NCBI GenBank assembly: GCA_951406725.2
Contig: OX597830.1
Location: 27,404,001 to 27,468,000, forward strand
Direction: 5' to 3'
DNA length: 64,000 nt
Source of the DNA: Octopus vulgaris
Taxonomy: Eukaryota
A model generated the notes under the pieces. It saw only the letters and a list, made by a program, of their open reading frames with translations. It was not told the DNA's origin and did not search any database. Made by a program: the position numbers and the translations under genes. How positions within the stretch are numbered: position 1 is the first letter of the stretch; every line of letters begins with the position of its first letter. This document shows positions 12,551 through 25,023 of this stretch, piece by piece.

Positions 12551-15500
12551 GAAAGGAAGCGGGTGGAGCCTCTCCATGTCTTGATTAATGAAACATCTAG
12601 TGATGGCGTCACAATAAAAACATTGGTAATTGCTCAACCTGATAATCGCTACCTCATATGAGTGACAAAATTAAGTGAATAACGGTGGTAATGAAACTGA
12701 AGCCATTGATGGTGACAGTGTTGCACCCGGCAGGCTCAGAGATTCTGGTCTGGCTCCAGCCTGTCGATATCCAGAAACGAACCGCCACACACGGCGTAGA
12801 TGGAGCAAGCACATTAATGCTGTGGTCATGGAGTGTTACTACCTGAGCAACCCCGTAGATGAAAATAGTGCTCGAACTAGGGGTTACCGACAACATATGT
12901 ATGATCATTGGAGGGAAAAGGGATTGTTTCAACTCACGGAACAGAGACTATGTGATCAAGCCAGAGCAATAAGAAAAAATTGTTGGTTCCCAGAAGTAGA
13001 GCTCGAAGCTATCAAAATGCGGGTCTTGGAAAATAGCAGCAGAGATAACGATGAAAATACAGCTCTTACTAAGAGAAGTAATCTCATAGCACAGGAAAGG
13101 AGCAGTGATAGTTTACTTGATGAAAGACATATAGATGATCTAAAAGAAGACAATAAACCTAATGGCGACATGACAGATCAACAAAAAGCAATCTACAACA
13201 GAATAAAGGCAAGACTACAGGAGAACGATAACATTATTTGCAAATTAAAAAAGGTTGATCGGTGGAAATTGAAGTAAGAAACAAAAAATATCAATGAAAT
13301 TCTGAAATACATCAGAACAAACAACATCACAGAAACAAATAATTTGATCAAGGCAGCGAGTATTGTTGTAACAGAAAACGTGGGTGTTGATGTCAAAGAA
13401 AAGAAATATAATGAGAGTGACAAAAGAAAAGAAATATAATGGGAGTGACAAAAGAAAAGATCCATGGTGGAAAAGAAGAATACAGGCAGGGTTAGATATG
13501 CTCTCGAAGGAAATTTCTGTGTTAGACGGAAAAGAGAAAGGGGAGCTTAAAAGCGAATAAAAATACAGGACGCTGAAAAGGAAGTATAATATTGAAAAAA
13601 AGGGCATGAAATTGGTAATGGAGAAACTGAAATAGCGCCTCGTTGCAAAGAAAGCAAAGATGGTAAGATACGACCAAAGAATGAAGGGTTACCACCAGAA
13701 TATGTTATTCAGAGTAGATCAGAAGAGATTCTATAAAGAAATATATGGAGAGTGTACAGAGGAAAAGTTGAAACCGGATAACAATGAAAGTCAAAGGTTT
13801 TGGAGTGACATCTGGAGCAAAGACAAGGATCAAAAGAAAGATGCAGAATGGTTGCAAGAACTGAAACAAACAGTAGTCTGCCCCATACAGGCAGAATTAT
13901 TCATTTGAGTTAGAGAAATGAAGGAAATGAGTAAAAAATGAGCAACTGGAAGACCCGGGACTAGATAGAGTTCAAGGCTACTGGATCAAAAAATTCGGTG
14001 AATGTCATGCACGAATAGCTCCTCAACTCAACACCTTGTTAAATGCCGACCAAGTAACACCAGAGTGGCTGACATTGGGTAGGAGAGTGCTGTGCTTGAA
14101 AACATCGAAAAAGGCAATACGGTAGATAATTACAGGCCAATATCCTATTTGCCACTTATGTGGAAATTATTGATTGGAATACTCGCAGAGTCAATGTACG
14201 AACAGCTGGAAAAGATGAAGTCCTGCCACATGAGCAGAAGGGTTGCAAGCGTAAGTACAGAAGTACCAAGTATCAACTCCTGATAGACAGAACTGTACTT
14301 AGAGACTGCAAAAAGAGGAAAAGTAACTTCGCCATGTCATGGATCCACTATCGAAAGGCGTACGATATGATACCACACTCTTGGATAATGGACTGTATGA
14401 ACCTACTTGGTATTGCATCGAATGTTGAGCAACTGTTTGGAAAAAATGTGGCGAAATGGAGGACGGACCTGACAGCATACGGAAGAAGTTTAGGGACAGT
14501 AGAAATCAAGAGGTTCATCTTCCAAGGGGACTGCCTGTCCCCACTGATTTTTGTACTGTACTTGATATCACTAACATTGATTCTGAGGAAAGCAAAAGCG
14601 TGCGTATCGAACTCGTGAGTTAATGAGATGCCTAGTCCAAAGTAAGGAAACCTTGCTAGTGAGAGTTAGGAACGAGGGAGTATTGAGAAAAGAGAAAAAA
14701 AGGAAAACAAAGGAAGAAGTACAAAAAGGTCATGAAGAAGAATTACACAAAAAGGGACTACACAATCAATTCCATGTAGTCACAACAGAAGTTGCTGGAA
14801 AATATAGATGAGATTGGCTGATGAAAGGAACTCTAAAAAAAAAGAGACCGAGAGCACTATATTGGCAGCACAAGACCAAGCTTTGGCCTCGAACTGGAGG
14901 GTCAACCTTAGGAATGAGCGAGTGTCTCCGCTGTGCCGCATCTGCAATAGAGTGGATGAAACCATTGCCAATATCACGAACGATTGCCCTAGACTTGCTC
15001 AAAACCACTACAAGTTGTGGCGACAGGACCAAGTAGCGAAAATGCTCCATTGGAAACTATGCGAAAAGTGGGGGTTAGAGAGAGGCAAGGCGCGGTATGA
15101 GCACAAACCGCAAAGACTGAGAGAGTCGGAGACTAGCAAAATCGTCTAGGATTTCCCAGTCCAAACAAATCAGGTGCTAGAGCATAATAGACCGTGCCTG
15201 GTGGTGGTGGACAAGGTGCACCACATATACTATATAGTTGATATTGCATGCCCCCTTGACCCACGAATAGCCAAGAAGGAAGAGAAATACAAACTACGAA
15301 ATAGCCCGGCTATGGAAAATGAAGACTGTGAAGATAGTGCCAATTATTGTTGGGTCCTTGGGAACAGTATTGGAAGGCATCAACAGAGATATACAGGAAA
15401 TTGGAAGAGAGTGCCCTGTAGAACTGTTACAAGAGGTTTGCCTCCTAAGCACGGCCAGAATAATCAGGAAAATATTAGAAAGCTGAAAAGAACGGATAGC

Positions 15501-15581
15501 ATGTTACCGTAGGCTTCAGGTAGCTAGCTCGCTACGCATGCAAGACCCCAGGACCTCCAACAAAAAACTTGTGATAAAGGG
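12551..15581 (+). mobile_element. R4/Dong-clade non-LTR retrotransposon (RLE type), pseudogenised with an internal deletion, inserted in (TAA)n
   Basis: ORF fragments show an N-terminal RRRWS...MECYY...GYRQHMYDHW...TEQRLCDQARAI block; RT motifs [36 protein letters not shown] and [11 protein letters not shown]; a CCHC-like knuckle CRICNRVDETIANITNDC; and an RLE region HNRP-LVVVDK...VDIACP...EKY. Multiple stops and frameshifts. (TAA)n on both flanks. Confidence 0.92.
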
Positions 15582-15608
15582 ATAATAATAATAATAATAA
15601 TAATAATA

Positions 15609-15669
<61 letters not shown>

Positions 15670-15694
15670 TAATAATAATAACAATAATAATAAA

Positions 15695-16238
15695 CGCCCT
15701 GATGCAGTACCAGGCAGTGGCTCTCGTGGCTTCTGATCTTAACTAATTGGAAGTGGTATCATGTACATTGTTTTGTCTTGGTATAAAAGAAGGGCTACAG
15801 CAAATATTCTGCTCAGTACCACAGATTTGCTTGTCAGTTGTTTGACCTTAACCAGTTGAGCATGTCCCTTAGTGGCTGACGATATGTGCATCTCTGATCA
15901 CGAGCAGAAGTAGTGGGGGATCATCATAGCCATGTGTTGAGAGGGATTCTTTGGGGTTTGAATAATTCACCTTTGGAAACATGGGTGTTTTGTTCAACAT
16001 CCTTAAACAGCCCTTATTCAGGGAGCTTTGTTACTCGACCAGAAAAAAATTCTAACTGGGCCCCACTTGCAAGGTCATGTGCTGTTTATCTTGATATGAG
16101 ATCCCCATGTCACGCACATATGGTTGTGATGCATCCTCCTGGTGTACCCTTATCAGACAGGTAGTAATGATTGGTATACTGGACTTTGTATATTTTACCC
16201 CAGTGTCACTTTGATGGCATGCACTGCTCTCTCACTCA
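15695..16238 (+). mobile_element. Unclassified ~545-bp non-coding interspersed element embedded in (TAA)n
   Basis: Complex sequence with sharp boundaries (gccctgatgcagtacc...ctctctcactc) between two (TAA)n tracts. No credible ORF. Strand is assumed from the TAA-like tail. Confidence 0.5.
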
Positions 16239-16257
16239 ATAATAATAATAATTATTA

Positions 16258-16603
16258 TTATTTCTACTCTAGGCACAAGGCCTTGAAAATTTTGGGGGAA
16301 AAGGTGCTAGTCGAGTTATCGACCCCGAAAGGATGAAAGTTGACCTCGGCTGAATTTGAATTCAAAACGTAGCGGCAGAGGAAATACCTATTTCTTTACT
16401 ACCCACAAGGGGCTAAACACAGAGAGGACAAACAAGGACAGCGATTACATCGACCCCAGTGCGTAACTGGTACTTAATTTATCGACCCCGAAAGGATGAA
16501 AGGCAAAGTCGACCTCGGCGGCATTTGAACTCAAAACGTAACGGCAGACGAAATACGGCTACGCATTTCGCCCGGCGTGCTAACGATTCTGCCAGCTCGC
16601 CGC
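16258..16603 (-). mobile_element. SINE family A, dimeric
   Basis: A full head at ~16603 is followed on the minus strand by a second unit starting at ggtatttc (plus-strand gaaatacctatttcttt at ~16381). Confidence 0.85.
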
Positions 16604-16622
16604 TCTAATTAATAACTATAAC

Positions 16623-16684
<62 letters not shown>

Positions 16685-17357
16685 TGATAATAATAATAAT
16701 AATAATAATAACATTATCAACAACATCAACAACAACAACAACAACAGCAACAACAACAATGATGACGACGATAATTATAATTTTGATAACAATGATAATA
16801 TGATAATAATAATAATTGTCTTTTGTTTCTTCCACTTCGAAATTTTTTTGTTTCGTTAATTATTTCTATTTTTAGTGCGTTGTTTTTGTGACTTCATCAA
16901 CTTCTCTGTTACGGAGTGGCTGCTTGTATAAAAAACATGGAGAGAATGGTTTTGTTTTGTTAATACATAATAACATCACCTCTCCCACAAACCTGACCAC
17001 CGTGTCGACAATAGCACAAATCAGCTATTGAGAAATATAATTACAGAAAAATAGAATTACTAACAAATAAATAAATAAATAAATAAATAAATGCATAAAA
17101 TGGACTCTTGAAATAATAGCAATATCAGCAGCTAATAATGAAGAAATGACAAAAAAAAAAAAAAAATTATCATAACCATCATAATCATCTTAAATCATTG
17201 TCATTAACAGTATTGTAGTCATCCTCTTCTTCCGCCCCTCCGTCTCCTCCCTTCCTCCTCCTCTTCCTCACCATCATAGTCATTATCCTCACTCAACATT
17301 GTCATCATCTTCTTCCATCATCATCATCATCATCATCACCATCGTCGTTGTGTCGTT

Positions 17358-17413
<56 letters not shown>

Positions 17414-17904
17414 TATAAGCAGCAGCAGCTCGTGCAGCAACAATATTTTCGTTATGCTTAATCTTCATCAAAAATCATCATCACAGGTGACTAGCACCAC
17501 CGCCGCCGCCGCCAGCACCAGCACCACCAGCACCAGCACCAGCACCAGCACCACCAGCACCACCACCGCCACCACCAGCAGCTCTATCACCATCACCAGC
17601 GTCATCATTCTTCTCTTCTTCTTCCTCTCCTGTTCTTCCCCTCCTCCTGCTCCTCGTGGTCCTCATCATGATCATCATGATCATGATGATGATCATCATC
17701 ATCATTACTCATCATCATCATCATCATCCGTAGAGGTATCATCATTGCCGAGGTCATTGCCTTCATCACGATCATTATTAAAATCCACATGGAAACCATC
17801 GTCGACATCGTCGTCATCATCGTCAATCATTATTGCCACCCAGCATCTCCAAACCCAACGCCACCGTCCTCCTCCTCCGCATGATGACGATGATGATGAT
17901 GATT

Positions 17905-17956
<52 letters not shown>

Positions 17957-18285
17957 CCATCACCATCGTTATAATTCTCTTCATCATATTCGTATCATCT
18001 TTGAAGAGAACACTTATTAAAGTCGATTCGAAAGTCGCTGTCCCTAGGTACGACGTCGTGGTGGTCACGGATGGAGTATCTTTGATTATTATAGTTCTGC
18101 TTATTCAGTGTAAAGCTGGCCAGAAGTTTTAATAACACTTACAGCAAGTATAAGAATGACGGCTCCAATGGGGACTACAAAAAATTATGCAATGGTCACT
18201 ATCAGATTGCCCTTTGCTCGTAAGTCCGCTTAGTCGAAGCTGATTGGACCTAGGGTGAAGTATTAACAACGTCAACAATAGGCAC

Positions 18286-18336
<51 letters not shown>

Positions 18337-18337
18337 T

Positions 18338-18369
<32 letters not shown>

Positions 18370-18619
18370 TTGTCCCCACTGCCACTTGACACCCGGTATT
18401 GGTGTGTACATCTCCGTAAGTTTGCAGGGTGGAAAAAAAGACTTAGTTAAACACAGCAGCCGCAACAAAGGATTCTCAACATGGCCACTCGATCTGCTAG
18501 AAATAGGAGCTAAAGCCAAGCCATAATATCTTGGGAAAGGAAAGAGTACTATGTATAGTGTGTTCGTACATTTGTTTTTTTTTCAAAGGCCAGCTTCCAA
18601 TTTACATGGTTAAGGAAAG

Positions 18620-19296
18620 TCCTCGTGCCAAGATTCCGAAACGACACGATTGAGACAACAGCGGGCATCAACAGGATCAGTAACGAAAGAAGACGCTGAC
18701 GCTGGAACTGGATCAGACACATCCTCAGATAAGATTAAGAAAGCGATTGCATGGTGGCACTAAAGTGGCAACCTGAGGGGGAATGAGCAATAGGGCGCCC
18801 TAAAACCACATAGCGAAGGACCATTGACAAGAGAAGGAGACGGGAAGCTGGAAAAGCAGAAAGTGGAATGAGAGCAGAACAGTGACAGAAAACAGCTGGT
18901 TGCGACCTAATGTTTTAGATGGTTCGGAGAGAAATAACTAACCCCGAGGTGCCTGGCAGTGGTGTTAATGGTGTGAAAAACCCGAATGCTTGCAACAGAG
19001 TAGATTTCTGTAACGCAGACGCTGGAAATGGATCGCCATGTCCTCAGACAACATCAAGAAAGCGATTGTACGGTGGCACTAACGTGAGGGAAAGAGTAGC
19101 AAGGAGCCCAAAAAATCACATGTCGAAGGACAAATATTGATAAGGAAAGGAGACGAGAAGGGCGGTCAAGCTGGGATGATACCAGAACAGTGGCAGAAAA
19201 ACAGCTGGTTGAATAGATCGTGTTGCAGCCTTTTGTGTCCCCTGTGACGGAGTGAGTAACTAACTAACAAACAAACTAACTAACTAACTAACTAAC
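18620..19296 (+). mobile_element. Two tandem decayed 3' ends of an RTE-clade LINE with a (CTAA)n tail
   Basis: Translates as RW(N/K)WI-H(I/V)LR...DC(M/T)VAL(K/T)W-PEG...GRPKTT-RRT, typical of the RTE ORF C-terminus. Copies at ~18620-18905 and ~19012-19255, then (CTAA)n. Confidence 0.75.
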
Positions 19297-19613
19297 GGAC
19301 CGACTGACCAACCGACCGACTCACTCACTCACTCACTAACCAAATAACCAACTAGCTAATTCGTACATACTTTCAGAAAGGTGAGATGGTCATGGCTGGA
19401 ATGCATTCGAATGTACATCTGCTCTGCCAGTACAGAGTTAGGTGGTGTCTAAACAACAAAAATATTAAAAGCGCAACAATAAGCCCGTGATGGAGTCTCG
19501 AGGTGATCACGTGGAATGTTAGAAAATAGCAACGAAATCCCCTCAGTTTACGCCTGATTGTCTTCGAAGACAGGTGATACATTGACCGAGGTAGTCTTAG
19601 ATATAGAGGAAAA

Positions 19614-20036
19614 GGCGGCGAGCTGGCAGAATCGTTAGCACGCCGGGCAAAATACTTAGCGGTTTTTCGTCTGCCGCTACGTTCTGAGTTCCAATTCCGC
19701 CGAGGTCGACTTTGCCTTTCATCCTTTCATCCTTTCGGGGTCGATTAAATAAGTACCATTTATGCACTGGGATCGATATAATCGACTTAATCCGTTTGTC
19801 TGTCCTTGTTTGTCCCCTCTGTGTTTAGCCCCTTGAGGGCAATAAAGAAATAGGTATTTCGTCTGCATCTACGTTTTGAGTTCAAATTCCGCCGAGGTCG
19901 ACTTTGCCTTTCATCCTTTCTGGGTCGATAAATTAAGTACCAGTTACGCACCGGGGTCGATGTAATCGACTTAATCCCTTTGTCTATCCTTGTTTGTCCC
20001 CTCAATGTTTAACCCCTTGTGGGCATTAAAGAAATA
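19614..20036 (+). mobile_element. SINE family A, dimeric, with TSD
   Basis: A box tggcagaatcg and B box gagttccaatt; second unit starts at ggtatttcgtctg (~19853). TSD agatatagag(g/a)aaaa at 19599-19613 and 20037-20051. Confidence 0.92.
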
Positions 20037-20176
20037 AGATATAGAGAAAAAACTTGGATGGTCATAATTGGAACGCCTTGAATAGTATGACTGCTCGGTT
20101 AGAGCTGAATGGAGGTTAAACTACAGCTGGAACATCGGTAGCGTTGTTGATGCTTTGAATGTTGTTGTGGTAGGCA

Positions 20177-20537
20177 ATGATGATGATGATGATGATGATG
20201 ATGTTGATGACGACGATGATAATGATGATGGTGTTCATAATGGTATTGACGGTGATGGTTAAGTTCAAGATAATGAAGATAATGAGAATGTTGATGACGG
20301 GATAATAAAGTTGAAGATAATGATGATTGATGCTGCTGCTGATGGTGATGATGATGGTGATGGCAATTGTGCCGACTTTGCTGATAAGACGACTACGACG
20401 ATGAGGATGATGAAGTTGGTCTTCATATTGGTATTGTTGCTGACGATCCGATTGATGATAATGAAGATAATGAGAATTTTGATGATGAAATAAACAGGAT
20501 GTTGTTATTATGGTTCTTGTTGTTGATGATAATGATA

Positions 20538-20573
<36 letters not shown>

Positions 20574-20619
20574 GTAATGATGATGATGATGATGACGACG
20601 ACGATGATAATGATGATAG

Positions 20620-20674
<55 letters not shown>

Positions 20675-20721
20675 AATGATATTGATGATGATGGTGGTGC
20701 TGGTGGTGGGTGGCGATAATA

Positions 20722-20764
<43 letters not shown>

Positions 20765-20806
20765 CGACGACGATAATGATGATGGTGATGATGATAATGA
20801 TGATGT

Positions 20807-20850
<44 letters not shown>

Positions 20851-20913
20851 GTGATGATGATAATGATGGAAATGATATTGATGATGATGGTGGTGCTGGT
20901 AGTGGGTGGCGAT

Positions 20914-20944
<31 letters not shown>

Positions 20945-20952
20945 CGACGATA

Positions 20953-21014
<62 letters not shown>

Positions 21015-21165
21015 AATGATGGAAATGATATTGATGATGATGGTGGTGTTGGTGGTGGGTGGCGATAATTATGATGATGGTGATGACAGTGGTGGTAATG
21101 ATGGTGGTGGGTGGTGATAAAGATGATGATAATGTTGATGGTGATGATGATGATAATGGTGATGG

Positions 21166-21210
<45 letters not shown>

Positions 21211-21273
21211 CGACGATGACGACGACGATAATGATGATGAAGACGACGATGATGATAATGATGGTAATGATAT

Positions 21274-21308
<35 letters not shown>

Positions 21309-21490
21309 GTGGTAGTGGTGATGGTGGTGGTGGTGGATGGCGATAATTATGATGATGATGATGGTGGTGATGATGATAATGATGACAGTGGTGGTGGTGG
21401 TGGTGGGTGGTGATAAAGATGATGATGATGATGATGTGATGGTGATGGTGATGATGATGATGATGACGACGACAAACGACGACGTTGATG
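20177..21490. repeat. (GAT)n-based compound microsatellite with higher-order duplications
   Basis: The motif ggaaatgatattgatgatgatggtggtg(c/t)tggt(g/a)gtgggtggcgata recurs at ~20672, ~20868 and ~21021, and more weakly further on. Confidence 0.9.
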
Positions 21491-21995
21491 GCTGCAGTAT
21501 TGTTGGCGGGTGGGTATTAACGGAATTTGACTATTTGTCAAAATCCCGGATATGGATTTTTTAATTTCTTTATTTCTTTATTGTTGTTTTCCACTTTGTA
21601 TACAACACACTGTTAACCCCATACGTGTACTTTAGTAACGTACGCGAGTGTGTGTGCATTTGGATAAGTGCGGGTGCGCGTCCGATATGACTCTCTTGAT
21701 ATTTTCTTCACACAAGCCTATGAAACTCATCCGGCTTTCCAGCTCCTATCTCATATTCATCGCCGAAGCACTCACCTCTTACATATTAATTATACTTAAG
21801 AGAATACCTTGGACATTTCACTTTTTTCTTCATTTACAGCGTGAAACTAATATGATAACTATGCATTTCCGTTTCTCGTTGGCTTGTGTTATCCTAAGGT
21901 GATACTACCTACGAAAATTTTGCACCGCACAAATTGTTGAATTATGATCACGTGGTTGTTAGATCAGAACCGAAATGGAGTTAACAAGAACAAGA

Positions 21996-22058
<63 letters not shown>

Positions 22059-22065
22059 GCTGCTG

Positions 22066-22111
<46 letters not shown>

Positions 22112-22113
<2 letters not shown>

Positions 22114-22343
22114 ATTTCTTTACTACCCACAAGGGGCTAAACACAGAGGGGACAAACAAGGACAGACAAACGGATTAAGTCGATTACATCGACCCCAGTG
22201 CGTAACTGGTACTTAATTTATCGACTCCGAAAGGATGAAAGGTAAAGTCGACCTCGGCGGAATTTGAACTCAGAACGTAACGGCAGACGAAATACAGCTA
22301 CGCATTTCGCCCGGGGTGCTAACGTTTCTGCCAGCTCGCCGCC
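22112..22343 (-). mobile_element. SINE family A monomer inserted in a (CTA)n microsatellite
   Basis: Near-consensus copy with (CTA)n on both sides (~21996-22110 and ~22349-22397). Confidence 0.92.
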
Positions 22344-22348
22344 GTTAT

Positions 22349-22397
<49 letters not shown>

Positions 22398-22732
22398 GAT
22401 TACAACGGCTCTGCATTCAGTTCTTCGGGGACGATGAAATAATTAAAAGTCAAATAACGAGGTCGATATAATCAACATTACAACAACCACCAAATATGTT
22501 TCCATATAATTTGGCAGACTCGTTACCACACCAGGTAAAATGCTTGGTGGCATTCGTCTATCCTTACATTCTGAGTTCAAATTCCGACAAGGTCAACTTT
22601 GTCTTTCATTCTTTCGGAGTCGATAAAATAAATACCAGTTGTACACTGTGGTCGATGTAATCAACTGGTCCCTTCTCCCGAAATTTCAGGCCCTGTGCCT
22701 TTAGTAGAAAGGATTATTATCCTTTTTTTTAA

Positions 22733-22849
22733 TCTTTTTATCTCAGGTTTCGTTGGAACTCCCGGAGTCTTGCATGCGAAGCGGGCTTACTACCTACGGC
22801 CTACAGGACCATTCTATCTGTTCTTTTCAACGATCTGATACTTTCCTGT
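22733..22849 (-). mobile_element. 5'-truncated second copy of the R4/Dong element (3' end only)
   Basis: Reverse complement caggaaagtatcagatcgttgaaaagaacagatagaatggtcctgtaggcc...cgcatgcaagactcc...ccaacgaaacctgagataaaaag aligns with 15465-15581. Confidence 0.8.
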
Positions 22850-23019
22850 TTATGAATTATTATCATCATAATTATTATTTCAGTGTCTTTGTATTGTCCC
22901 CCTCATCCCTTGTGGCAAATAAATGAAATCATCATCATGATCATTACCATCATCATTATTATTGTTGTTGTTGTTGTTGTTGTTTTTGTTGTTATTATTA
23001 TTATTATTATTATTATTTA

Positions 23020-23086
<67 letters not shown>

Positions 23087-23094
23087 TATTATTA

Positions 23095-23143
<49 letters not shown>

Positions 23144-23169
23144 CATTATTATCATTATCATTATTATTA

Positions 23170-23246
<77 letters not shown>

Positions 23247-23545
23247 GTAGTAGTAGTAGTAGTAGTTGTAGCAGTAGTACTTGTACTGCTACTTTTAAGG
23301 TAGCAATGCAGCAGAATCGTTTGCACGCCAGACAAGAATGCTTTGTGGCATTTTCGTCCACCATCTTTACCTTCTGAATTCAAATTCCGCCGACTTCCAT
23401 CCTTTCGGAGATCAATAAAATAAATACCAGTTGAGCACTGGGATCAATATAATCGATGAGTCCACTTTGCCAACATTTCTGGCCTTGTACTTCAAGTAGA
23501 AAGGATTGTTGTTGCTATCTTCAATAACAGTCGATAGTAGAATAA

Positions 23546-23807
23546 TAAAATAAATAAATGCGCCATTTTAAAGCCTAGCCAGGCTCATGGGCCCGGATTC
23601 CCAGTTTCAATGGCGTATGTATTCCCCAGCTGGACGGGACACCAGTCCATCGCAGCGTTACTCAATTTTGCCAGCTGAGTGAACTGGAGCAACGCGAAAT
23701 GAAGTGTTTTGCTCATGAACCACAACGCGTCGCCCGGTCCAGGAATCGAAACCACAATCTTATGATCATGATGCTGACAGCCTAACCATTAAGCCACGCG
23801 CCTCCAC
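23546..23807 (-). mobile_element. tRNA-derived SINE, family C variant with a different 3' half
   Basis: Head ggaggcgcgtggcttaatggttagg...ggtttcgattcc and core up to cactcagctggcaaaa are shared with 1068-1396. The tail differs and ends in (TTTA)n. 12-bp TSD atagtagaataa at 23534-23545 and 23808-23819. Confidence 0.88.
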
Positions 23808-24119
23808 ATAGTAGAATAACCTTGTGGTATTTCAGTTACTTCCCTTTATATCTTAGGTTCTTGAATTCCTCCACGTCCGACTTTGTCGTTCTTTCTTTCT
23901 TTCCGGTATCGATAAAAAGAAAGAGTCTGAAAAATCCCACTGTTCGAGATTTTACATGGCCGCTAAACCCGCAGAAAATAGCAACCTGACATGAAACCCT
24001 AACAAATAACTGAAAAGGCACATTTGATAACGTAGTCTAGGTCACGCGGTCACGCTAACACACACACACAACACACACATACACACACACACATACACAC
24101 ACACACATACACACACACA

Positions 24120-24159
<40 letters not shown>

Positions 24160-24732
24160 CTCACTCATGCACACACGCACAAATCGAGATGCACACGGCT
24201 CGATTCGTTCAGGACTAAGTCTAGGGTTAACGGCAACAACTTCAACAAAACAAATAAATCTTAATTAAGGGCATAGCCCATATATATTTGAAAGTCCATA
24301 AACCCCCTTTCTCCGACCTCTCCACGTTTGTGACCATGAGCCTATGCTAGAAATCATTCATATTCTGATACTATCTTGAGATCCTTAGGCTGGCTGTTAT
24401 CTTCACCGTCTTTCTCTACTGTCCGAAGTCGTTTCTGACGGAAATAACTCTTTTCTCTCTCTGTGCACCGACCATCGACGTCGCCGTCGCCGTCGCTGTC
24501 ACTCCCGTCAGCGCAGTCTATGGAGCTTCCCCACGTAAACGTGAACGTGAATGCTTCATTTCTGATTTACATTCTGTTTTTATTGCGTTTCCATTGTAGT
24601 GGTCGTCCTTTGGCTTGCGTTCTGATGCAGAAAGAACTGCATCGGTACAGTAATGAAATATATAGTCTATCGGTGGCGCGAAGAAATGCGGGGAGGGATA
24701 GAGACAGCTAAAAGAGAAAGAGAGAGACAAGG

Positions 24733-24785
<53 letters not shown>

Positions 24786-24905
24786 GAGAAAGAGAGAGAG
24801 AGAGAGAGGGGGGAAAGAAAGAGAGAAAGGAGAGAGAGAAAGGAGAGAAGGGGAACTGAAAAAAGAAAAAGTTTGAGAGAAACAGATGTTGGCAAGAAGA
24901 GAGCT

Positions 24906-24945
<40 letters not shown>

Positions 24946-24970
24946 AAAGGAGAGAGTGAGACGGGTGAGG

Positions 24971-25023
<53 letters not shown>

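Noticed and set aside
15695-15760. HDV-like ribozyme or U2/7SL-derived head at the start of the 545-bp element
   Set aside because: I could not build the nested P1/P2/P3 pseudoknot, and similarity to snRNA or 7SL is limited to a few bases.
17454-18020. 188-aa His/Ser/Thr-rich ORF resembling a low-complexity protein
   Set aside because: Composed of CAT/CAC/CAG triplet repeats, with no domain or splice support.
20499-21413. Asp-rich ORFs resembling acidic biomineralisation proteins
   Set aside because: (GAT)n microsatellite with frame changes and stops between blocks. No signal-peptide exon can be supported.
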